From a virus (lineage: Duplodnaviria > Caudoviricetes), in IMG/VR virus record IMGVR_UViG_3300029288_004944, positions 1 through 64,000 of that record: 64,000 nt of DNA; one strand, 5' to 3'. The position numbers and the translations under genes were made by a program. The stretch's first letter is position 1, and each line of letters opens with the position of its first letter. Shown piece by piece: positions 41,401 through 48,608 of this stretch. The notes under the pieces were generated by a model, which was not told the DNA's origin, searched no databases, and was given only the letters and a program-made list of their open reading frames with translations.

Positions 41401-41799
41401 CTGCCCCACACTTACATCTTTCTCAGGGTATGCCTTTTTCTTTTTAGCCATCTCTATATAATTCTTTCTCATTGAATCAGATTCATATTGTTTACTTTCT
41501 TTCTTTATTCCTACACCTATCCCCCCACTATTACTTGCCTCTACCTTTAGCGTAGCAGGCAATAGCCTTACTCCCTTCATACCACCAAACTCTAATAGAT
41601 CGTTTGCAGTAGCCAAACTTATAGCCTTTAACCCAATAGCCATTGTATACTTATTCTCTGCTACCTTGCGAGCCCAAGACAATAGAGATATATTCTTAGT
41701 CCCCCCCAATGTTTTTATGGCCTCAGAAATTAGTTCATTGGTGTCTATATTTAAGTCAGATAAATTTATAACTAAAGTATATCCGGATTGTTTTTTCAT
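38473..41799 (-). CDS. Polyvalent protein with two ART-like domains and a 2H phosphoesterase
   Basis: LHHQTS...SILENGL (H-type ART-like); PHTTL and PHITI (2H); VFRAL...GVYWTW...VDW...ESEI (R-S-E-type ART-like); start probably MKKQS after GGAG, ORF open to 41880. Confidence 0.8.
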   Translation of the reverse strand: MKKQSGYTLVINLSDLNIDTNELISEAIKTLGGTKNISLLSWARKVAENKYTMAIGLKAISLATANDLLEFGGMKGVRLLPATLKVEASNSGGIGVGIKKESKQYESDSMRKNYIEMAKKKKAYPEKDVSVGQWDLVRSEDWVIVINAGDKIIYYEYWGEPCWVAIYQKPEYKGLTHNEAVDKFMADRFPSIAASVGESVIGYTYTEYDDEGYLSEEVGETLNDSEDYVVGTGAENGILRVEITNGGGERKGKGIKSEKEMGQWEVGEWKELKVNKRGEIDKLSSLSLSDIETIKELYRQGIVGEIDPQVAEKSKEIILSLMERVGVSPEELERSRRFEEKEYGRFWDKVNKKIEKLKSAIDPMAILQAMDELISTWHSSDQILSWAYDEAGEEENKEAEEIYDVIRDIYDLAEDLKNKQYSTVQKYHTKEEGKDGSKISASMRGRVKGEKYDLDMGKYQRQFIEMLKNKYPNGVDLHHQTSRENVKSILENGLRAEDTDLGIVYTVLGEKSYRAMNSNSPDSVDIEIMWPVAEYDKLYPEEETYGESSEGEEGVAEDDRADLIFKHYIESHPDLIGGDIVIDNSISKDRIVNKEELELTVGDEEHLTSEKVGVLIRRGGIVIRADYDHGSVQTSDIPKELKQWIKKVQNSIPKEDLSDAESNEMDGGFPPSPHTTLCYGIDSASISDIQSLVANRQLIAKIAKIDYFTHSKEYDVAVLKLESQDLKELHSDLAKEFEVKDDFDYTPHITIAYLKKGKKLRETEELVDEEPEIEWQIKEIELSKKDTTIEKFEIEGRLKEAAKGNLGAYWIDPVGKIYNVGVEESTGEHEEWIFNNIEMLKEEYGITIPEYNNKIEALILLGWTRVRMEQNNLMGVEVENVDTLRKWFDIIINFKPRKILVETFAQSEDGFYSIEEFIKKYGEYRGLKRKASVSLENITIEDLINDQPGGEVDEFYQNYPEEAIEAFEASKKRFLGFTDPFPVFRALAVKDVQEFVKSIKDELLLEDWPSMGVYWTWDLGQATVYENAKGESNEGWPEVVVKGEVSKQNVDWIETLQKNTGDADIPYPESEIKLIPGSKVMINEIKDMDTGEVYSMNGGVVVEAGRVE

Positions 41800-42079
41800 T
41801 AGTTTTTTTACTCCAAAAAATATTATATATTTATGATTTCTCTTGTTCTTTCTAAGGTCTGAACTAATTACTTTTTGCATTTCTTAAAGTTAAAGGTGTC
41901 TGCGAGATAGATTTTTTTCGCTTTTTTCCATACTTCTATATATAAACTCTCTCTTTCCTCCCATATTCCCCCACCTTGTCTCCCCTTTACTCCACCTTTA
42001 CTATTCTTTTCTCCTTCTTTTCTCTAATCTTTCCTACTTAATACCCCCGTCACTGCATCATTATGACACAAACCACTCT

Positions 42080-42454
42080 CTACTCATATATCTCCACTAC
42101 CTCACTCTTACCCTTCCATTGTCCTATCCAATAGTCATCAAGATCTATCTTTACAAAATTATCATACACAAGTTCAGCCCTACCCATAACTATACAATAC
42201 TTGGAAGGCTTATCTAAAAAACCTAAGGTACCAAACCTATTAATACACACAAAACTACCACATACTAACTTAGTTGTCACTCTACTCATTGGTATCTTCT
42301 TATTGTTCTTGTCTATCTCTAATACCCAAAAAGACTTATCTGCCTTAGTAGAATGAAGATTTATAAACCTATAACCGTGTGGCGATATAAATTCTTTATC
42401 TTCTATATTCTTTCCCTCTCCCCACCTCTCTATCATTGTTTCTATTATTCCCAT
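42080..42454 (-). CDS. RW-leader family protein, body type B
   Basis: MGIIETMIERWGE. Confidence 0.8.
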   Translation of the reverse strand: MGIIETMIERWGEGKNIEDKEFISPHGYRFINLHSTKADKSFWVLEIDKNNKKIPMSRVTTKLVCGSFVCINRFGTLGFLDKPSKYCIVMGRAELVYDNFVKIDLDDYWIGQWKGKSEVVEIYE

Positions 42455-42472
42455 TGCTTCTCTCTCCCCTCT

Positions 42473-42790
42473 TTATACCTTTCCCTTATACTCAAACAAA
42501 TCTATTATTACAGCATCTGTATCACTTACAGAAACATCTATACTTTCGGCTGCTATACTTGCGATCCTTGCTTTAATTGCATAATATGGCCGAGGATCTC
42601 CTTCATAGTAAAACCCTGATCCATCAAAATAAATAAAAGCACTGTCTCCTACTCTTTTAACATCAACATCACAAAGCCTATACATTTTTCTTTCCGCATA
42701 AGGATACTCTTTTAACTTATATATCCTTATCTTTCTATCTCCTACTATATCTTTCCCCCACCTATTCACTATCGTATCTATCACACTCAT
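42473..42790 (-). CDS. RW-leader family protein, body type B
   Basis: MSVIDTIVNRWGKD after GGGGGAG. Confidence 0.8.
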   Translation of the reverse strand: MSVIDTIVNRWGKDIVGDRKIRIYKLKEYPYAERKMYRLCDVDVKRVGDSAFIYFDGSGFYYEGDPRPYYAIKARIASIAAESIDVSVSDTDAVIIDLFEYKGKV

Positions 42791-42806
42791 CTTGTACTCC
42801 CCCTTA

Positions 42807-43223
42807 CTACATCCACCTTTCAAAATCTCTTTGCTTATTCTTCTGTTTAAACACTTCTTCTACCACTCTTAACCCTCTCCACTTCTCTTTCCAATATTCA
42901 TTAACATCTATCCTCATACATTGCCCATTCCCATTTCTTGATATATCCTTTACTATACCTATATATGCTTTGTTTGATGTGGGCAAATTACTGGAAAAAA
43001 TCAATTGATTGCTATCACTTATAGTTATTATGTCTCCATTGCCAAGTATAAGATTTTTATCTATACATCCACTATATCCTTCTTTATCTATTTCTAAATA
43101 CCAATCGCCAGCACCTAATTGAAAACCATCACACATTCTATACACAAACCTGTATCCATTTTTACTCTTTATAGTCTTAACATCTTTTGCCCATCTCTTT
43201 ATCATAATATCTATTACATTCAT
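42807..43223 (-). CDS. RW-leader family protein, body type B
   Basis: MNVIDIMIKRWAKD; shares GYRF and YW..W.G..VVE with 42080..42454. Confidence 0.8.
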   Translation of the reverse strand: MNVIDIMIKRWAKDVKTIKSKNGYRFVYRMCDGFQLGAGDWYLEIDKEGYSGCIDKNLILGNGDIITISDSNQLIFSSNLPTSNKAYIGIVKDISRNGNGQCMRIDVNEYWKEKWRGLRVVEEVFKQKNKQRDFERWM

Positions 43224-43255
43224 AACTTCTCCACTACCTTTATTTCTTTAACCTT

Positions 43256-43603
43256 TCATATAGCAGGATCTATTCCTACCCATTCCACAACATACATCTT
43301 GCCAAAATCTCTTGTTCCATATACTTTGACACATACACTTCCATCAGGTTCGTTTATACAATCAATAAGTCCGTGCTGACAATTATCAGGATGTTCTTCA
43401 TTCTCATAATAGAACAAACCTTTATCATCAAAATAAACACAACTACTCTTTCTTATTATAGAAAGATCTGCATTTAATACTCTATACCTTTGACAATAAT
43501 CTTCCCCTAGAATATATCCATTATATCCTTCATTGACTATTTCCACTTCTCTGTGCCCGGCATCCGGCTTCCATCTACCTATAATTACCTCTATCAAGTT
43601 CAT
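43256..43603 (-). CDS. RW-leader family protein, body type B
   Basis: MNLIEVIIGRWKPD; VYFDDKGLFYYE resembles IYFDGSGFYYE of 42473..42790. Confidence 0.8.
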   Translation of the reverse strand: MNLIEVIIGRWKPDAGHREVEIVNEGYNGYILGEDYCQRYRVLNADLSIIRKSSCVYFDDKGLFYYENEEHPDNCQHGLIDCINEPDGSVCVKVYGTRDFGKMYVVEWVGIDPAI

Positions 43604-43871
43604 GCTCTCGTCCCCCTCTGATCCTCTCCATTGTTTGATGCCATAACACACTATTTCTCACTGCCGTTAATTGTTGCTGTAAAACTTGATTTCTTTGCAA
43701 AACATAACTTGTTTCAAGATCATACCGTGCTAATGAATTTATTGCATCCAACATAGATCCTGTTGTTATTTCACTTTTATTAGGCATTGAGATACAAGTT
43801 TCTGCTTTATCTTCCTCTACCTCTTTATTATCCTGTCCCCACCTGTGGATTATAATATCAATTACACTCAT
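43575..43871 (-). CDS. RW-leader family protein (helical body)
   Basis: MSVIDIIIHRWGQD. Confidence 0.75.
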   Translation of the reverse strand: MSVIDIIIHRWGQDNKEVEEDKAETCISMPNKSEITTGSMLDAINSLARYDLETSYVLQRNQVLQQQLTAVRNSVLWHQTMERIRGGREHELDRGNYR

Positions 43872-44275
43872 AAATTTATCCTATAAGCACTCATTGCATC
43901 GTATGCATCCACCGAAATATCTGTAAGAGTTCCCCTCATATTACTTCCTACGCATACAACCGTACCTTTCATTAATCTTACAACATTTGTTTCTCGATCT
44001 TTTTTAGGATCTCTATACATATATATTTCATTTGTTCCTCTTGCAATCCCATCATACCCCATTTTTTCTCCGGTATCACTTACTATGCTTATATATGAAC
44101 CATCAAGTGCAAAATCCACTTCATCTCTTAGTTTGGCCTTTAATCTCTTTCCATAAAGATTATGTATAAAATATCTATCAGCCTTCTTCCCTTTTGTAAT
44201 ATAAATAGGCAAGTCTTTATTTACTCCTTTTTTCCTACTATCCCATCTTGAAAGCATTGTTTCTATAACACCCAT
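43868..44275 (-). CDS. RW-leader family protein, body type B
   Basis: MGVIETMLSRWDS after GGGGGAG. Confidence 0.8.
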   Translation of the reverse strand: MGVIETMLSRWDSRKKGVNKDLPIYITKGKKADRYFIHNLYGKRLKAKLRDEVDFALDGSYISIVSDTGEKMGYDGIARGTNEIYMYRDPKKDRETNVVRLMKGTVVCVGSNMRGTLTDISVDAYDAMSAYRINL

Positions 44276-44298
44276 CCTAAACTCCCCCACACATATCA

Positions 44299-44574
44299 CT
44301 AACTTCTCATTCTTATCGTGTTTGCATCTACTATGGATTCAACTAACCCCAACACTCTCCCACCATTATAAGAACCTACATCCGGAGAATAAACATGCCC
44401 ATTGGCATCAGCACAAACAAGACCGTTTACTTGAAAATCTCTACTATTATCCACATAAACTTCCCACAACTGTCCCTTAGGAGACATAAACACATTATTG
44501 GGAAAATCATTACAATTCTTTTTTTCCACCACATCCGGACCCAATCGTTTAATAATATCTTGTTTTATATCCAT
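44299..44574 (-). CDS. RL-variant leader protein, body type B
   Basis: MDIKQDIIKRLGPDV, identical to the N-terminus of 45795..46217. Confidence 0.8.
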   Translation of the reverse strand: MDIKQDIIKRLGPDVVEKKNCNDFPNNVFMSPKGQLWEVYVDNSRDFQVNGLVCADANGHVYSPDVGSYNGGRVLGLVESIVDANTIRMRS

Positions 44575-44584
44575 TTCTTAATTC

Positions 44585-44818
44585 CTATTTAAAAAATACT
44601 ATCTTTAATGGCAAATCTTTCAATAAATTAGGGATTTGATCTTTTTTTAATTTAATTTGATCTTTACGTTTAGAACAAAAACTCTTATTAAATGTATCTA
44701 AAACAATTTCCATTAATTCAATGCATTTCCTACAATATACATGTTCTTTGCCCATTATATGAAATATCCCTATTTTATTTTTTTCTCCACACCTATCGCA
44801 CACTTTATTCCTTTCCAT
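44585..44818 (-). CDS. Small zinc-finger protein
   Basis: CDRC...YCRKC. Confidence 0.7.
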   Translation of the reverse strand: MERNKVCDRCGEKNKIGIFHIMGKEHVYCRKCIELMEIVLDTFNKSFCSKRKDQIKLKKDQIPNLLKDLPLKIVFFK

Positions 44819-45008
44819 TGTATACCTCCCCCTTATTTATTTAACCTGACTTTTCTCCAACTGTATAGCCCTGCGTTTCATATCATTTTTAGACATAGTA
44901 AAATTACTTATAACAACAACTGAAAGAATTATTATTATGACTGACACTATCAAAACATTTATCCAATCTATTTTATTGTTTTCTCCCATTTGTATCCTCC
45001 TACTTTAG

Positions 45009-45278
45009 TTAGGCTTCTTTATCTTCCGTAAGACTGCTATCTGCTTCGCTAAGGATATTCTGCATATCTTTCTTTGATTTTGGCACAGGAACTTTTTTAT
45101 CTGCCACATTGAACCATCCATATTGAGCAAGTATACCGATCAAAACCCATCCCCATTCCGGAGAAGGATTTCTTCTTGCCATAAGACACACTAAGAGCAT
45201 AGCCAACAAACAGAGTAAGAACTTTCTGCTCAGCATTGAACTCTTTAAACTCTCTTTCTTATTTTCTGTATTTGCCAT
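45009..45278 (-). CDS. Probable holin / small two-TM membrane protein
   Basis: SRKFLL then two hydrophobic segments and a charged tail. Confidence 0.5.
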   Translation of the reverse strand: MANTENKKESLKSSMLSRKFLLCLLAMLLVCLMARRNPSPEWGWVLIGILAQYGWFNVADKKVPVPKSKKDMQNILSEADSSLTEDKEA

Positions 45279-45293
45279 TTCTCTTAATCCTCC

Positions 45294-45773
45294 TTACATT
45301 TCTCTTTTTTTCTGTTTTATTATTCTATATTTTACTCTTTTGTCTAATTCAATTCCTGGATTTTCATAGTTCGTCATCATTCTTGCTATAACAGGCACTA
45401 AATCCTTTTGACCAAGTTTTTTTGCTCGTTTCATACAAATCTCAGGATCTGTGGGTATATGTATAAATTCCAAATCATAATTATATTCTCTTGCCAAACT
45501 AATCCAATGAAGTCTTAAAGAAAAAGTAAGAAACGTACCATCTACTAAAATATTCTTATTTTGATCTAAAAAATATCTGGCCATAAACTTAATTGTTGCC
45601 CAAACAAGATCTTCTGCCGGAGCATAAAACCTTTGACCATGAACAACAAGCCTCATATCATCAGGACAAAGATATATATATTCAGGATTTTTCTTTAAAA
45701 ACTTCTTAGCATATGTCGTTTTTCCAGATCTCGGATATCCCATCATAAGAATCATCTTATTTCTTTTCTTCAT
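45294..45773 (-). CDS. P-loop kinase (AAA_33 / polynucleotide-kinase-like)
   Basis: MMGYPRSGKTT, PDDMR, ILVDGT, CMKRA. Confidence 0.85.
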   Translation of the reverse strand: MKKRNKMILMMGYPRSGKTTYAKKFLKKNPEYIYLCPDDMRLVVHGQRFYAPAEDLVWATIKFMARYFLDQNKNILVDGTFLTFSLRLHWISLAREYNYDLEFIHIPTDPEICMKRAKKLGQKDLVPVIARMMTNYENPGIELDKRVKYRIIKQKKREM

Positions 45774-45794
45774 TTATTACCCCCTTATTCCTTT

Positions 45795-46217
45795 CTAATC
45801 CCCAAACTCTCTATAATCCCGGAAACCATGCATTTCCCTATCAAGTTCAGGGTTGTCGCCATCAATCTCAATACTCCCCCTAAAATCATTATCAATTGAA
45901 AAAGCAGACCTATCATCAAAATTATCATGCAATGGAATAGTTATAAATAATTGTTTTGGATTGTCAGATATACCACTAAGTGTGCCAACAACTTTACAAT
46001 CCTCAGGAAGTGTTGCCCCTATTTCATTTGCAAATAACCTACTATCCTCTGCCACACAAACAAGATCTCCTATATGCCACCCTATTATATCAATATTACT
46101 AATTCTAAATACAGCAGCCGAAATCCTGCTGAACGTATACTCATAACAACCCTTTAAATTTTTATTTACTTTAACATCAGGGCCCAATCGTTTTATAATA
46201 TCTTGCTTTATATCCAT
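45795..46217 (-). CDS. RL-variant leader protein, body type B
   Basis: MDIKQDIIKRLGPDV; GDLVCV...VVGTL. Confidence 0.8.
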   Translation of the reverse strand: MDIKQDIIKRLGPDVKVNKNLKGCYEYTFSRISAAVFRISNIDIIGWHIGDLVCVAEDSRLFANEIGATLPEDCKVVGTLSGISDNPKQLFITIPLHDNFDDRSAFSIDNDFRGSIEIDGDNPELDREMHGFRDYREFGD

Positions 46218-46232
46218 ACATTCCCCCCCACA

Positions 46233-46433
46233 TTATCTTACTTCTGTCATTCCCACCGGAACCGATTTTTCCATTGCTCTGCTTGTCTTAACCATAGAAG
46301 ACAAGAATAGACCTAACAATATTGCCAATATGCAAAATGCCGTTATAGCAAAACCAATGCTGTTTTCTTCTTTTTCATGCCCGGTTGTTACTGGAATTCC
46401 TTTATATTCTTTACTACCCCTCAACTTAGTCAT
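46233..46433 (-). CDS. Small single-TM protein
   Basis: IGFAITAFCILAILLGLFL; GGAGG RBS. Confidence 0.65.
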   Translation of the reverse strand: MTKLRGSKEYKGIPVTTGHEKEENSIGFAITAFCILAILLGLFLSSMVKTSRAMEKSVPVGMTEVR

Positions 46434-46569
46434 TTATCCCTCCCTTATTTATTAAACCTTTTACCAAACCAATCTAAAATAATAATTATCACTGAAAATA
46501 TTATAAAATTTAAAAGTATGATCAAAAGAGCAATTCCAAATAAATATAGAATGTGCATTTTACACCTCT

Positions 46570-47112
46570 CTATAATAATAGATGTTTACATAACTCTTTT
46601 GCCTCTTTAAAGGAATAGCCTTCCAGTGTCTTCTCATTCACTGCATCATTGTAGTTCTTATGATCAGCATCATTAAAATCCTTTTCATTTAAAACTTTAG
46701 GGCTACTGCCTGCTACGCTAACAGCAGGTGTTGCAAAATCTATAATCAAATCTTTATTTTCAATACCCTTAGCACTTCTCCATAAATCTCTAAAAAAAGC
46801 ATCCTGATGTTCAATGACATATGAACCATAAGTTCCGAATTTATCCTGTTCGCTCTTTGGTATCAAATTACGCAACTGTGTCAATTCTTTATCGGCTAAT
46901 TCAAAAGCCTCTGCCTCAGCAGGGCATTGTTTCTTAAACTCATCATAATTGTCTTCTCTTAACTTATCAAATTCTTTTTCTGTATATTCATCCTTTGCGA
47001 TACTTTCAAGATCACACAGTTTTTGTCCTGTTATAACATATACAAAATCATCTTCATTATCAAATGATTTCAAAACAAAATCCATTAATTCTTTATACTC
47101 AGTAGAAACCAT
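46570..47112 (-). CDS. Acidic hypothetical protein
   Basis: 180 aa with RBS. Confidence 0.75.
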   Translation of the reverse strand: MVSTEYKELMDFVLKSFDNEDDFVYVITGQKLCDLESIAKDEYTEKEFDKLREDNYDEFKKQCPAEAEAFELADKELTQLRNLIPKSEQDKFGTYGSYVIEHQDAFFRDLWRSAKGIENKDLIIDFATPAVSVAGSSPKVLNEKDFNDADHKNYNDAVNEKTLEGYSFKEAKELCKHLLL

Positions 47113-47166
47113 TCCTCACCTCTCTATTCATCTATACTATATTATGTATCTATGCAACAAAAAGTA

Positions 47167-47652
47167 TTACTTTATTGTGTTTGATACTTCCTCTAATAAC
47201 CCAACTGTCATATCCAATAATGTAGCATCGCTATTTACAGGCTCAGATACAGATTGTATTTCAGGTGATGCAACAACATCATCTTCCTTATTTTCATATT
47301 GCTTATAAAATTGGGAATGTCTTTTCTCTAATATAGCCTTATCTTCCTCTAAAAATGCTTTCACATAAGATCTGTCTTCTAAAATTGATAAAAGATTATC
47401 CCTAACAATATCAGAGTATTTTACTTTTCCATATCCTGTATCAAATAAAATATCTATATATCCGGGATCTTTTCTTGCGATAATTGTACCCGCACTACCA
47501 GCAGGGACCACTTCACCTTTTTCATTTAAAAGATCATATGTAGTAAGCACGCGATTTCCTTGCTTATATATTTTTGACCAATCAAGGGTTCTATTATTCT
47601 GATTTTTTATAATTTCAAACCAAATTCTATCCAATGGAATTTTGTTGATCAT
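47167..47652 (-). CDS. Hypothetical protein with SH3-like module
   Basis: VVPAGSAGTII..DPGYI resembles IIPAGTVGKVA..DP..GYI in 9952..12819. Confidence 0.7.
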   Translation of the reverse strand: MINKIPLDRIWFEIIKNQNNRTLDWSKIYKQGNRVLTTYDLLNEKGEVVPAGSAGTIIARKDPGYIDILFDTGYGKVKYSDIVRDNLLSILEDRSYVKAFLEEDKAILEKRHSQFYKQYENKEDDVVASPEIQSVSEPVNSDATLLDMTVGLLEEVSNTIK

Positions 47653-47655
47653 ATT

Positions 47656-48606
47656 TTATCCTATTATTTTATTTTTATGTTCTTTTTTATGACAATCTTC
47701 GCAAAGTGTTATTCCATTGTCAATATCCCATAAAGGTTTATATAGCATTGCACTTTCGTATAAATCAATCAATGGTGAATGTTTTTTAATTTTCTCCAAC
47801 AATAATGCAAACTCTTTAATATGATGTGCTTTTAAATTTCCACCTCTACTATCCCCACACTTTTGGCAGGTATAATTATCTCTTTTAAAAACATCTTGAC
47901 GCCATTGATCATATTTTAAAGAACTCCTTATTCTTTCTACTGCAGGCGTTACGCCACCTTTCCAATTAGGATGATTTGATCCCTTCATTAAATCTGATTG
48001 CTTTTTTTTGTGTTCTTCTGTCCAATGTCCGTGTATATATTTACGTTCATTGCCCCATTTATCATACCTTAGATGTAATTGCTTACAACCGCAACCACAA
48101 AAAATCATTTTAGATGAACATTCTTTACAAACAAAATTTTTATAACTAATTAATGTGCCATCATTGTCTCTACCGCAAACTGCACAATGCATATCAATAT
48201 GAGATTCTGACTGTTTACTTTTTGATTCTTCTGTATGATGTTTACCATTCCAATGATGACCATTTATATATTTACGTTCTCTACCTTGTTTACCATATTT
48301 TGAACGATATTGGCCACAATTACAAGCACAAGGAATTTGAATTGATAAACAATTATCACAAACATATTTATCCTTTCCTAATGTTCCATCGTTATCTTTG
48401 TGGCAAATTTTACAATGCAAACCAAGTTTATCATGCCCTTTCACATATTTATACTCTCTACCTCTTTTGTCATGTTTAAAATGTAATTGATTACATCCAC
48501 AGGTACACGGTATTTTAATGGATAGACAAAAATCACAAACACGCTTAATATCACACAATGTTCCATCATTGGATTTACCGCATATTTTACAATGCCTTAT
48601 TCTCAT
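47656..48606 (-). CDS. HNH homing endonuclease (3 Cys repeats + NUMOD3 + HNH)
   Basis: Start MRIRHC after GGAG; RDNYTCQKC...KAHHI...NGITLCEDCH. Confidence 0.85.
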   Translation of the reverse strand: MRIRHCKICGKSNDGTLCDIKRVCDFCLSIKIPCTCGCNQLHFKHDKRGREYKYVKGHDKLGLHCKICHKDNDGTLGKDKYVCDNCLSIQIPCACNCGQYRSKYGKQGRERKYINGHHWNGKHHTEESKSKQSESHIDMHCAVCGRDNDGTLISYKNFVCKECSSKMIFCGCGCKQLHLRYDKWGNERKYIHGHWTEEHKKKQSDLMKGSNHPNWKGGVTPAVERIRSSLKYDQWRQDVFKRDNYTCQKCGDSRGGNLKAHHIKEFALLLEKIKKHSPLIDLYESAMLYKPLWDIDNGITLCEDCHKKEHKNKIIG

Positions 48607-48608
48607 TC

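Noticed and set aside
34376-46217. Diversity-generating retroelement or integron cassette array behind the paralogue clusters
   Set aside because: No reverse transcriptase, integrase, adenine-specific TR/VR pair or attC-like sites; genes abut with only RBS-sized gaps
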